A stretch of DNA of 64,000 bases, from positions 44,020,001-44,084,000 of the forward strand of contig NC_086375.1 of the NCBI RefSeq assembly GCF_036588685.1, in the 5' to 3' direction. The position numbers and the translations under genes are program-made. The notes below the pieces were generated by a model that was given only the letters and a program-made list of their open reading frames with translations, searched no databases and was not told the DNA's origin. The DNA comes from Mytilus trossulus. Lineage: Eukaryota. Shown here piece by piece: positions 37,030-59,791 of the stretch (position 1 is the stretch's first letter; each line of letters starts with the position of its first letter).

Positions 37030-38560
37030 AATTGTTGATATGTGTAAAACAAAATACCAATAAAACCTAAATGCAACCAATAAATAAAAGTAGTTGCAAC
37101 GAAAATGCATGTAATAGACTTTGATTACGATTATCAGATTGGTTTAATTTATTCTAACCGTCAAAGTCTGACACAAACCTCACATTAAAGAATCAGTTTA
37201 CCATGTTCACAAGCTCTAAATATGACAGAAAAAGCGGATCCACTTGCCTTTCTGGGTTATTTATCGTCCTTCGAATTTTTTTTTTTATATCACATATATA
37301 TATATCGTTTATTTGCCTTCTTTTTGATATGATACATCTCACCACTGTTTATATTATGTGCATCGATTTCAACGCCAGAACACTTAACAGCTCAAACTGT
37401 CTTCGAAGAACAGATTTTCAGGAAATGCATTGGTGCAACATTAAAGAATGTTACATCGTAGCTAATGATCCGAAAAAAAAATTGACTTTTAATTTCAATA
37501 TTAGTGAAGAAAGTAAGTGAAAATTAATGGATTCTGAAATAACTCCTTGCGGGCTTGTTTTTTGTTTGAATTTTTTGTTTGTAGACAGGAACAACTGCTG
37601 ACCTTGGAAGCACTAACTGTTTTAACAACATACTCAAAATTTTATGGAAGCCAATTTCTTGCAGATAATTTACAAATGTATGAAGTCTACTTCCGGTTTG
37701 GGGGTTGTACGAGAACGACGAAATATAATCAACAGTGTTGATTCCAAAATTATTTTTGCTGTAACACATTAGTATTTAGAGCAATGAACCGGTATGTGTT
37801 TTTATTTATCTTCAGACTCGTATTTTAAATTTTCTCAAGAGTTCAGTTATTTTGTGATTTTACTTTTTTTTTACAAAGGTATTAAAGAACAAGTCGGAGA
37901 GCGCGAAATTCTAGCCTATGTTCTAAATTAAAGAGTGAAACTTGTATGAAATTACTTTGAATGAAAATAACTCATTTGATCTTATGCTATAGTTATTTTT
38001 TGTTTTCTTTTTTGTTCATGTTCTTTGTCTTCATCCCTTTTTGACTGATACTGGGCCGATCAAAGGCTCAAAGTATCTGATGACAAAGGATATGGTAGCT
38101 GTAAGGTAGCAGGAAATGACAAATGAGGATGGACCGATAAGGAGGTTAAAAATTAGACGGAGGCGTTTGGGTAATAACCCCAACATGTCTGCCGGTGGTA
38201 TAAAAAGGTTAAAGATTGAACCTAGGCATAAACAATCAAATTCACAGAGGTAATTTTCTTGCCATTATTATAACTAATAATCAGAAAATTTGAAATTCAT
38301 CTGTATTTCAGTATTCTTAAATTCCTTGTGGGCTTGTTTTCTGTTTGGAATATTTGTTTTGTAGACAGGGACATCTGCTGACTTTGAAAGCACTAACTGT
38401 TTTAACAACATCCTCAAAATATGGAGAATTTATAAGTGTATGGTGTAAAAAAGTGTTTATGTTTTGAAACGTTTCTATCATGATCATATTCTTCAATTCC
38501 TCAATTACAATGGATACACGAAACCGGGAAAATAAATATGTTTAAACTAAACGAAACAAT
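37030..38560 (-). pseudogene. Decayed inverted paralogue of the CARD-like gene at 40534
   Basis: Minus strand encodes LHTFVNYLQEIGFHKILSMLLKQLVLPRSAVVPV (vs FRTLIKALRESGHHNISRMLLEKQVFPTSSVVRV), GVEIDAH (vs GAEIDAH) and LELVNMV...EVCVRL (vs LELANMVYCEVCVRL), with stops and frameshifts. A ~130-bp part is duplicated (37530-37640 vs 38310-38420). Confidence 0.8.
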
Positions 38561-38649
38561 AATCCTGTCCTGTTGACCTCGACTGTCATTTCACGGAATG
38601 AGCCATGTCACTGAGTTTGTTAAACTAACATAAGCAACACGACAAGTGC

Positions 38650-39615
38650 TAGGTGCGGTATGAACACAGTTTCAATGTCAATGAAACATGCCCTCCTAGA
38701 GAGGTGTTATACAGACTTTTCTATCGTAAGTCCATTATTTACACAAAGTGTCTTAATTCACATATCTCTAATTGCCACTTTTCCATATCTCATCTCTCTT
38801 TCTCCATATCCACTGTGATGGCACTTGTGCTTGTCTACATACTTTAGAAAAAAGCTGTTTCCTATCTGCTCCTACCACCACCCTAAGGTCATGAGAGCTT
38901 GCCATACTGTCTGTCTCGCAAACCCCTACACCCTACTTCAATAGCAAAGCAACACATTCTCTATGCCCTCTGTTGGCAATCTTCTACAAGCTGTTGCTAT
39001 TTTGCTTTTCGTACGCCTCAACCATCCTTTTTCTTCCCCAAGGGAGTGTCAGTTACAGCAAAACTGTCTGTCTAGTTCCCTGTGATCATAGTACTATATC
39101 TAGTTTAAGCGATGAAGCTGGTATTTCTGATGGGAAACTCTAACGCTGCTGAATATCTGCAGTAAGCTGCCAGGCTGTTGCATGGATTCCAAGGCCTTCA
39201 AGTGTGCTGTTTTAGCTCTCCCCAGCCTTCAAAAAGTTTACGAAACTGATGTTTTTCTTCTTCTTCCACCTGATTATGTCCAACCTCGCTGCTATTGATT
39301 TCAGTTCACTATCATGTCTCCATATGTACCTTTCATCTTTCAGTGCCACTTGCCATGATGACAACACATGTTGTAGAGATGCTGGTTTGTCTTTGCATAA
39401 TTAGATGTACCTGGGATCTTCTATCAACCCCAATGTATAGAGATTTGACGTACTTGGTAGTTCATCGTACACTGATCTCAATAAGAAGCTCAAACGGTAC
39501 CCCTCCATACTTCAAATCTCACTCCAGGATAAGGCCCTCCTCCTAGCTCCTTGTCAATGTAACCAGATCCCTTGTTGTTTCATGCCTACCGCCTTGATGT
39601 TCCAAGTCTTTTTCC
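38650..39615 (-). mobile_element. 5'-truncated, degraded non-LTR retrotransposon with restriction-like endonuclease (HERO/NeSL/R2-group)
   Basis: Minus-strand translation: RLSFLLRSVYDELPS..NL, LC...SLQHVLSS...RYIWRHD (decayed CCHC knuckle), LDIV, LT.PW, FAIEVGCRGFA, WIWRKR, with several stops. Confidence 0.85.
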
Positions 39616-40533
39616 TAAAAAATAACAATCGAAGATCTTAAGGCAAAATTTCCAATGAAAAAATAATAAACGAAACTATCGGCTTTTTCATCAAAGCTGA
39701 AGTCCTTACAATTGCAATAAAATATTCATTCATTCATTCATTCATACAACTAAAAAACAACGAAAAACATTACTTCTTGGTAAACTTAAAATTCAGCTCC
39801 ATTCAAGGTATTAAACTAAACTATCTTATTATTGTGGTCGATCTATGTGGTATTTCAATTACTTTTATTATACATCGTGAAATATTCACTTTCAGATACC
39901 GACTTTTCCACGAATTGATAAAATACAAACAAGTTCTTGGTATCAATTTTCCTTTCTGCCTTATTACACATGATATAAATTTAAGTATCTTTTGTGCAAG
40001 TTTATGAACATTGATTAATATATTTATAAATACAAATGAATAAGCGAACTGTTTGTTCCACTATAAGGAACTTGTCTATTTTTATACTGGAATTTTTCAA
40101 CTATTAATTACACGGTACTGTTTACTTCAAATGATATAATAATGCATAGCTACGTCAAACATATACTGTTTCGTTATTGTATTTTCGTTTTATATTTGAT
40201 ACAAATTAAGGTATGTTTAAGCATTATAAAATTTCAAAGATTTCATTTAGACAACTTTTATAATAGATTTAGAAAAATATGAGTATAAGTGTATATGTTT
40301 TCTTCATATTGTAAAATTCTGAATCCTGGTGTATCAATATCAACATAAGAAATATAGTAACTGTGAACTCTATTGTTATGTTCGAACCCTTATATTAATT
40401 TAAGTTTAAGCATATAATCAACACAACTACATATATTATCGAACGAGTACATTTGTTCAAGATATATTGCATAAACAACAACAACAAAAATAACATTTAT
40501 AAATTGTTTTAGGTTTCAACTAATTGACCCGTC

Positions 40534-42186
40534 ATGGAAGAAATAATATTTAAATACTCCTATGTCAGACCAGAACGAATGACTGATATAGAAATAGCTA
40601 TCCTGAACGATTTAAGTGAGAAATCAAAGGATGAGATTGACCCAGTCCAGCTTTTATATTATCTGTACAAAACAAAAACTGTTGATCAATATTTGTATGA
40701 AGATTTTCATAAAAATGCGTTTGAATTACATTGGCCAAATCGTAGGCTGTGTGAATTTTTATTACAGAAGCTCCAGAACGTGTGTTCTTTCCGTACACTG
40801 ATAAAGGCTCTTCGAGAATCTGGCCACCATAATATTTCTAGAATGTTATTAGAAAAGCAAGTGTTTCCAACGTCATCAGTTGTCCGCGTCTGTAGAACAG
40901 ATACTTCAAATAGAAAACAAGTCCAACAGTTTTTTAAAATGTTAAAAAGAAAGGTTTGGAATGCCGAATTTAAAGATCCATTAAACACTTTGCGATCATT
41001 GGCTAAGAGATTACAGATGTCCATGTTACGGGAAAGGGATTACATGAAGAAACAGATACTCGCAGATAAGGTTGTCGCTGTTCTTGGCGCTGAAATCGAT
41101 GCACATGCAATAACATTCAATACAGAATTGTCCGATCACGATCTTTTCAAAGAATTACGAGAAATTGTTCCATATACAACAAACACTATGGTCACAGATG
41201 TCATTTTATATGGAAGACTAGCAAACGCATGTGCTATCGGGAAATACTTTTCACAGGGTGAAAAATACCTTCAAAAGGCGAAAAGTTGTTCCGCTTTTAT
41301 GACCCCATGTTTAGAGCTTGCAAATATGGTATACTGTGAAGTTTGTGTTAGGCTCTGGCAGTTTGAACAAAATCCAAACCACCAAATTCGAGAGTCGTTA
41401 GTTCAAATGGCTGAAGTTGGAATTGAATGTCTAAGAGACGAGGAAGAAGAGATAAGACTTTTGTGGACCCGTATGTTTTTGTTAAGGATGGCTTTTTGTC
41501 TACTTGGAATTGGACACCGGGCAACAATAATCCAAAATTGCATTTTAACTATTGAATGTATCCAAAGGGCTAGACATGTACTTGGAATATTAGATACAAC
41601 TCTGGACAATATGGATACAAGAAGAGAAATGTTTTATCTGATGGCACGCGCGAGGCTGTTTGAAATCGAGGATGAGTTATCACTTGCATTTGAATACATT
41701 ACTAGGTCATTTCGTCTGGCCATGGAAGGTAAGTTCAAAGAACAAAGTTTTATTTGCCAATATATGAAATATATTGAGCAACGAATGGTTGTTCCAGCTG
41801 CATCAAATGTTGAACATGATCCAGTTGAATTGAACCAAGACAGTTTTGAAGGATCTCATATTTCTGAAGAAAGTAGTATTGGAATAGAAATGAATCGACC
41901 TGAAACTGCAATACATCATTATCCCAGTAATCATGACAACACGGATCTCATACCAGTGAGATTGGTTTCAGTTCCAGTACTAGACTCAAATAGTATTTTA
42001 AAGACATCAAATGGTACTCCATGCACCGAAAATTCGTTTTGTGAAATATTCAATGAACAGAGTGAAAACAACGCCGGAAATGAAGAAACACGATCGACGT
42101 ATGAGATGATAAATCTGGAGTCGGCAGCAAACATTGATTTTAACAGTTTTGACGTAATTTCGTCCGATGAAATTTCAAATACATAA
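40534..42186 (+). CDS. CARD/death-fold-like N-terminal domain + alpha-helical (TPR-like) domain + acidic disordered tail, 550 aa
   Basis: Residues ~20-108 follow the CARD pattern (IDPVQLLYYL...LCEFLLQKL...FRTLIKALRESGHHNISRML). Amphipathic helices follow (YLMARARLFEIEDELSLAFEYITRSFRLA). Acceptor ttttag at 40512; possible UTR donor at 40210. Confidence 0.75.
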   Translation: MEEIIFKYSYVRPERMTDIEIAILNDLSEKSKDEIDPVQLLYYLYKTKTVDQYLYEDFHKNAFELHWPNRRLCEFLLQKLQNVCSFRTLIKALRESGHHNISRMLLEKQVFPTSSVVRVCRTDTSNRKQVQQFFKMLKRKVWNAEFKDPLNTLRSLAKRLQMSMLRERDYMKKQILADKVVAVLGAEIDAHAITFNTELSDHDLFKELREIVPYTTNTMVTDVILYGRLANACAIGKYFSQGEKYLQKAKSCSAFMTPCLELANMVYCEVCVRLWQFEQNPNHQIRESLVQMAEVGIECLRDEEEEIRLLWTRMFLLRMAFCLLGIGHRATIIQNCILTIECIQRARHVLGILDTTLDNMDTRREMFYLMARARLFEIEDELSLAFEYITRSFRLAMEGKFKEQSFICQYMKYIEQRMVVPAASNVEHDPVELNQDSFEGSHISEESSIGIEMNRPETAIHHYPSNHDNTDLIPVRLVSVPVLDSNSILKTSNGTPCTENSFCEIFNEQSENNAGNEETRSTYEMINLESAANIDFNSFDVISSDEISNT

Positions 42187-43584
42187 ACCACCAAATTCCT
42201 GATATTATTCGTGTCTTACAGGATTTTTTTTTTGTTTTCATACCTTTAACAAAAATGAATATATGAAATTCACGTTTCGTTTATTTAAATGAGCTCAATA
42301 GTTACATACTACAATATGAATGTTTAATGGCGCAAACAAGACTTGTTTTATGTCTCTTGTGAATCTAAGAATCTCAGTGAGTTAGCTTGCTCAACTCAAG
42401 TAGAAAAGTTTTTGTACATTAACAAAAGTATTCTCATCAGAAGTGGCTTAACACAAGCAAAATGTGTTGATATGTGCCGTCATGAATGGAATCAACGAGA
42501 GATACTTGGTATACATATCAATGTTGTATAGAACTAACTGCCTTCATATCGCTGATAATGATAGCTAATTGCGCCTCTTTTTTCATACGTTGAAGAAAAA
42601 CCAAAACATAATGACCTAGGACCATTTAACAACACCATTAGAAACATTCTCAATATATGTGGCGATATGTTTTAGTGTCGATTCATAGTAAGGTTCTTCA
42701 GTTTATCAGCAGAAGAGGTGCTTGTCTTACAATCAAATCGAACGGGTTTTCTCTGATTGGTTAATAACCTATTACTTCAAATTTGGTTACAATTATAATA
42801 AAGATTCTTGGGTTATCATCCAATCAGAATTAAACGAGGATCGTTTTTGATGATATTTCATCCATATATATATATATAACTGCTTTCAAGTTCAACAAAA
42901 GTTGAATTGGAAAAAGGTTAGACATTCATTGATTGCAAAAGGTCACATAGTCTCCTAGGTAAAGTAACTATGTGCAACATATGGGTTCCTGAAATAAGAA
43001 TTATAAACCTCTTCAATATGAAAATTCAAACGAATCAAATCATTACATCAATATTAACAGAAACCTATAATTCAATAATAAAGAATGTTTGAATGGTATG
43101 ATAACCTTTTTATTAAGACACATCTCCACAAAAGTTTGGATTGTATGAGACATTAGAACTTCAGGTGTACACATTTGCCCTCTTTGTTTAGTGCAAAATG
43201 CAGGATAGAGTTACATTAATCCATACTATTATGTGTTCGTTTATAATGTGGTTGGAGGTTTTGATTTCGGCCATTTAATAAAGGACTTTTTGTTTTGAAT
43301 TTTCCTTGGAGTATTTTTGTTATTTTACTTTTTACAGTTCTGATGTGGTCAAATTCCTCCATTAATTTTAACCAAGTTTCTACTTTTAATTTATTTGTTT
43401 CCCAAACTATGATACCTGGAGTAGGTTTCACAAAAAAAGTTACGATCAAGATCGATTGTAAGTCATGAAAAATTCAGTTGCCTTAATTAAGATAAATCTT
43501 AGTCGTATTTTTTTTAAGAAACTGACTTCTGTTTACTTATTTACATCTAATGAACCATTTTGAAACAATGCTGTTTTGTGGTTA

Positions 43585-43708
43585 ATAGTTATCAAAGGTA
43601 TCAGGATTATAATTTAATATGCCAGACGCGCGTTTCGTCTACATAAGACTCATCAGTGAAGTTTAGATCAAAATAGTTATAAAGCCAAACAAGTACAAAG
43701 TTGAAGAG
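43585..43708 (-). mobile_element. HHR-bearing retro-element copy; catalytic core intact, stem I shortened
   Basis: Minus strand ttca CTGATGA gtcttatgtagac GAAA cgcgcg TC tggc at 43621-43660; shared 3' end. Confidence 0.75.
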
Positions 43709-46119
43709 AAGAAATTATACTTTTCTTAATCTGAATTCTATTGGAAATTCTTAGTTCTTTTCTGTCAATACTTTCTCACTACACGAAAGAGATGAAAAAA
43801 TAAAGCTTCCAAGGAGCATGATAGCTCGTCTGGGATAGCAGTAGAGGCAATATGGTCCATGTTTGGTCCAAAATATTGTAAATTACTTAAGAAGATAAGT
43901 TAAGGAAATAAAAATTAATTTATCATTTGATAAGTGCGAGGTTTGGTTCACAACAAAACCAAGTTCAACCCTCCGTGTTTTCTTAATATGTCCTGTACCA
44001 CATGAACATGGCATTTTTTTTTACTAATACTTCGTTTCTATGTATGTTGCATCATAGTTCGTTTTTGATGAATTTCAGTGTTTCTTTTATTTAATTGTTT
44101 TCCCCTCAAAGTTCATGTGTTTCCCATCAGTAGAAGTTTTTTTTCTCAATTGATTTACGACACTTGAACAGCTGTATACTACTGTTGCCTTTATTGATAA
44201 TTTTTCATAGTAGCAAACCATGACTTTTGTAGAAGTTGATTGAGTATTTTCCTTGTAGTGTCAACATTTGAGCATATTTCGGATTGATAACCAAAACTAT
44301 ATGTATTCAGTGGAATTTCATAAAAAGATTAAAGAAGTCTTCATAATAAATACTGTTATTATTAGCCTGCTGATAATGTCTCTACCAATGAAATATGGTT
44401 TGTAATCTAATTTTTTCTTCTATTTTCATAATTCATCATGAAATATGTGCATGATGAAATGTTATAACTTTGTTAATCTTGTCTTAACAAGGGATTATTT
44501 GCAAATTGAATAATTTTGAAATATGGAAATTGATATTATAAACAAATGCATGATCACTATGACGTAAACTAACTCAACTTAATATGGTTTGACATGCTTA
44601 AAAGATTTAGTTCAATTATTGAAATATTAGTGAAAGTAAAATTAACCTTAGCCATGGCTAACCCTAATTGGTTCAGTTAGTTTTCATCATTATTTTCATG
44701 TATATTTCCTAACTGGATGTATGGTCTTATATTACTATTTTTGGCAAATATGAAGTAGTTCTCAAATACTTCCTTTTCTCTGGTCATAAATGGACATTCA
44801 TGCCAGTTTTGATTAGCATTGGAAGACGAGAAACTTGTCTGGCATACAAAATGTAAATCCTGGTATCTATGATGAGTATATTTACCTCTTGGTTGCTCCA
44901 GATATTTACCTTGAGATGGCTTCAAATGTTCTCATCAACCACAAGCTTTAAAACTTCTTTCCCAATAGTTGTTGAAAGAGGTAAAACATATTGAAATAGA
45001 CAATCACAATCAAAGATTACTTTGTAGTCATGATTTCCATCCAATTGGAACCAAATGGAGATCTTTTGGAGGAGAATCTCCCATCTTTTTCCTAACAAAC
45101 TTGCACTTAAATAAACAAAGCAGTTTAGACAAGAATATGAAATGCCCCCATTTCTGCCAAAAGATCAATATCAAGATTTTGCTTTCTAGTTTCAGCAGGA
45201 AAAAGCATAATTTATATTGGGTTTAAAGGGAAACATGTGGAACTATATGTCACTATGTTTGCTGATGGATCAACATTATATGGAGAGCTTTTGTATTCAA
45301 TGATCAACCTTTCCAAATAAGGGGATTTTTCAAAGGGATATTGTATAGATCTGAAAAATTATCATTTTTGAAATATTTGGATGATAACTTAGTGCAATAC
45401 AAAAATTGTGAACAGAATTTTTAATAAAATGATTAAAGTTTTTAATTATACAACCACATGATGATTTCAGTTTTTAGTGGATTTAGAATGGTTCCAACTT
45501 TTATCAAAAACAAAGCATTAAAAATTGATAACAATACACAATTATTTTCAATATCTGTACATGTATTCATTTAGTGTGTAATTCCTTTTTTTATATCTAG
45601 TGTCAACATCACAATTCATGTATAAGTTCAAAGAATAAACTCACAAATACTTCTTATTAATATGTGTCATATCAATTAAACTATAACAGGATATTCAATT
45701 GCTTCTTCTTTTTGCAACATGATATACTTTTAATGTTTTAATTCATTTGAAAGCTTTTTCACTATAAGTTTCTGTAGTATTACTGTATCACAGTGTCACA
45801 CAGTTAGTTAGGGTAAAATGTTGTAGATTCAATCCCTATCAAAGTCAATCATTATAATAGGTATTTGCCTCTTTCCACCAAGCATATGGCATTCAGCTAT
45901 GTAATACTACATAGTAAAATACTGGTCAGTTAAGAGTCACCATAATGTGCCAAGGTAAAGAGACATTATTCCTTTTAAAGTTTGGATTCTAGGACAATTC
46001 AAATCATATAGAACAAATTCAATTGATGATGAAGATTTTCAGTTTACATCAACACAAAAAAGGAGGATGGAAGCAATTGTTTCTCAATTTAGTTTCTATT
46101 TTTGAAGAATTGCACTTAA

Positions 46120-46921
46120 GGTCAAGTAACAGTAAATGGGCTATGTCACAGATTGAAGTAAAATTTTGCATACAACTCTGGCTCGATGAACTCCAACTAA
46201 AAATCGAAAAAATAATGCATTTATCTCATTTATCATTTAAAATATTACTGATTGAATTATTACAAAATTGGTGAGCATTTGCATAGAAAGCACATAAAAT
46301 CGGCATAAAACCTTCTAAAATTTGACTTAAAATCGCCAAATCTCTAATTCTACTCCATAGATTTTTCTTAAAAAACTATATGTTGTTGATACATAAAATA
46401 CTGTTATAATGATGTTAAATAAAGATAGGGTCACCAACTTCGTTTTTTCGGTACACATCATTCAATGTTGTGTTCTTTGTGAAAAAATCCTATAAAATGT
46501 CGAATTATCGTAATGTCGCCGTGTTGGAGGCCGTAAAACGTTGATTTTTGACGTTTTTCACTACCAACAAGGTGAAAAAATTATTATTAGACAACAAACG
46601 AAGTCGGTGACCCTATCTTTATTTTGCATCATTATAACGGAATTTTATGTGTCAACAACATACAGTTTTTAAAGAAAAATCTATGGAGTAGAAAAAAAGA
46701 TTTGGCAATTTTAAGACAAATTTTGTATGTTTTTTTGTCGATTGTATGTGCTTTCTATACAAATATTCACCCATATTAAAAGAAATCAATCTGCAATATT
46801 TCAGATAATAAAAGAGATAAATGCATTATTTTTTCAATTGTCAGTTGTAGTTCACCGAGCTAAGATTGTATGCAAAATTTTAGCAAAATCTGCGACATAG
46901 CCTATTTACTGTTCCTTGACC
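46120..46921. mobile_element. 802-bp foldback element flanked by TTAA (Kolobok-like non-autonomous)
   Basis: TTAA|ggtcaagtaacagtaaatgggctatgtc ... gacatagcctatttactgttccttgacc|TTAA; arms are complementary over ~330 bp. Confidence 0.8.
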
Positions 46922-47940
46922 TTAAATGGAAAGGAATTTTAAAGCAATATTTAAAAATAAAAAAGGAAATTGAAGCAAAAACAAACCAATGGGGCAGGAG
47001 TAAGATACTTAATAACTAATGTAGCCAGGTTTTTTTTTGCATTATTTTATTACATTATACTATAAAATAAACATAAAATTAGAAAAATAAATGACAAAAA
47101 GGTAAAGACATATATATTTGTGTTACCAAGGAGTATGTTATATTTTGAAGGATAAATGCCTTTTTATACTTTAAACACAAAAAACAAATTTTTGTAACAC
47201 ATGATGGTTACAAATAATAATGAATTAAATATAAACTTTGTTTATAAAAATACAAAATATGTAAAAACTGAAATCTATAGAACAATAAATATCACAGCCT
47301 TTAGATAAAACATACATAAAAATATCAAAATATCAAAAATACTCAATATGATAATCACAGATCATCTTTTTATATAAAACATTTGTTTAAGAAAATAAAA
47401 TGTGTCATACATTTCAATAAGATGTCAACCTGAGTTTCATGCAGACATGATGACTTTTCATAAATATTGTTATGAAAAATTACTTCTCCAATAGTAATGT
47501 TGCTCTCAGTATTTATATAATACTCCTCTGAAATTTGTTAATCTGTGTATTCAAATATTACTGGGAGAATATCATCAATGTAAAAAATAGGAAAGGAAAC
47601 TTATTATTCACACTAGATTTTGCATTTCAATCTTTAAAATAATATACTAAAAAAAAGTTTAGAATAACATTGCATAGGTATTAAACTTTAGTAAAGGCAA
47701 GAAAATACCCCAATATTTTTTTTAATTTAACCAAATTAGAATTAAATTTCTCTATAATGAGTAGATTTAAACATTTCTACACATATCTTTATTTTTTTTT
47801 AATTAAAGCAATGTAGATGTATTGCATGTGATTGCACTACCCTTTTAAGTGAAAACAGATACTTTCGACCATATCTAAAAACTAAATATATAAATTAAGT
47901 CCATAAATAGTTCTTTAAAAGTGCATTTATACACCAAAAT

Positions 47941-57371
<9,431 letters not shown>

Positions 57372-59168
57372 TCTCTTAACAAATCTTAACAATTAATGTT
57401 TGACATCGATTACTAGTAAATTAAAAAAGTTAAAAATAAATGTGACTGTTTTTCTTGGAGACCGAAACCGGAAACTATAAATAAACTATAAAATTAGGTC
57501 TGGATCCGGAATTCCAAACTGATAAGACAAGAGCTCACATTTATAAAGTTTATGTGATATATTTTAGGTGTCATAATTAGGTAAAACTATATTCATATTG
57601 GGAAATAAAAATGAGTTATGCATGATTAAGGATAAAAAGATTAAGGGATAATGGAGAACGCATTTAATCTTTAAACACCTGCAAATTTTCACTCACCATG
57701 ATAAACTGATAAAGGCATCATGCATGATCATGCATGGCCCAAATGATTTTGTCTCCTTTGTATTTAGATTGAAGCTGTTCCTTTAATGTGGAACCTAAAA
57801 ATGATAAATCTAAAACACTCTTGTCAGAAAACACAGTGGCAGGTCCAGAAATTACCACTAAAGGGGGTGGGGGCTTCTGACTGCCATAATATTGGGAGGG
57901 TAGGAGGGGTCCTGATCCAGAAATCTCTGGCTTATAAATATGAAATCCTGAAATCCCGGGTTTAAAAACACAAATTCCTGAAGTCCCGAGATTTGAAAAA
58001 AGAACTCCCGGATCCCGAAAGGGTCAATCCCGAAATCCCAAACTTAAAAATACCAGATCCCGCCACTGAGTCCTGATAAAGGTCCTATCTCCCCTCAAAA
58101 TAGGATCCTGCTCTGTTTATGGCCTAAAGGTCCCATCCCCCCTCATAATAGGATCCTGCTCTGTTCATGCCCTTATATATATAAATTTATAACCAGTTCA
58201 AATTATCATGATTATTATAACATCTTTTTTCTGTGACAGCTTCCTAGAGAGTATGAATGCACTTTACTGTGGTTCTCATCAGGGTCTCTTCGTGACACGT
58301 GAAAGTCAAATTATAAAATGACAATTGCTAACATACGTGTAAGTGGGATACGGGAATCTGACAAAACAGTAAGCGGGATCCGGTATTCAAACCCCTAATG
58401 AGACCCCATTTGCCAAGCATCAAACGGTAATTTTTCATGATTCGGTCAAAATATGCCTATCATGATTCATTACAGGTCTTAAATAATCATCATAACCGTT
58501 ATTTTTCATGGAAAAAAATTAAGGTTATTCAGTTGATTATTTTATCCTCTAAAAGAAAGTGCACATTTTATCTTCATGCACCAAAAATTACGGTTAGTGT
58601 CATTTCGCAAGAATTTTTACCGCACGGTTTGTTGTCATGTAGGTAACCCAATTACTACCCTCTTCCTATGACTTTCAAAATGTGATTATTATTTGAACTT
58701 AAGAGTCCATTTTCACGTTTGCAATTATAAGTCTCATGATGTTTTTGGTTTCTGTAGACTGCTAAGGAAGAGATAGCGCTTTTGTTGTGAAATCACAGGA
58801 AAAACAAGATATTAGAAAATCCCTTACAACCATTTATTACATATATTCCAAACATTAAAGTACAATGTTAACAATGATAAATTGAGTAAGACAAAGCACA
58901 AATAATTAACGATCAAAATAAGCGCACATAAGAATGGTAATGAAATAAAACGAGCAGGCTAATGCCGCTACATGGCAGCACTTCCCACCTGCAAAGTGGA
59001 AAGGGATTAATATAAGTTGCAATAACTTGTTTCCCTATCCATTATATGTAAATGAATATATTTAAACTACTAAAACAGCACATCTATTAAGCACTTTAAA
59101 ATTTACATAAGCAAGCATGATTTGAAGCAAAGGCCTAGTACTTAATATCTATAGTTAACAATGGTTAA

Positions 59169-59791
59169 GGGCATACGATACAGTTTTGATCCTGTATTTA
59201 CAAGTTCGTGAAAATTTGCATATAGGCTGTTTTTTACCTGATTGAATCAAATATGTAATAAAAATTATACCTTCATGTGCTACTTTTTGAGTAAAATGAG
59301 GTCGAAATTTTGTATATTTGCTCAAAATTCAGATTTGAGGCCGTAATTTCTTTTTCGAAAAAAAGACACAACTTTTTTGTTATAAAAGATAATCACAAAT
59401 TGTTTTTTGTTCTATAATTGGTTATTTCTGTATTTTATAAGTATCATAAAAAATTATGCATTTTTTTAATTCAGAAATAACTCATATTCATCAAATGTTC
59501 ATGAATTGAGGAAATTACATCATTTTTTACTGCATGTTTATCAAAATTTTAAAAAATCCTCTATTTACATTTTTATAAAATTTGGGTCACATAATCTCCC
59601 TGCAAAATGAAACAAAATGCTGTTTTGAAAAATAGGGGTCCATGAACTCGTTTTCAAATTAAATCAGTTTGAATGATAAAAATCAGTCGAAAAATGCATC
59701 TTTTCCAGATATATGTCACAGTTTGACGTCGCGAAAATAACATTTTACGTTAGCAACGTCATTACCTCCCCTGTAACTGTATCGTATGCCC
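59169..59791. mobile_element. Kolobok-like non-autonomous element, 17-bp perfect TIRs
   Basis: TTAA|gggcatacgatacagtt ... aactgtatcgtatgccc|TCAA. Confidence 0.8.

Noticed and set aside
44660-45360. Possible highly decayed retroelement ORF on the minus strand
   Set aside because: Only vague peptide resemblance and no diagnostic RT or endonuclease motif readable by eye; needs tBLASTx.
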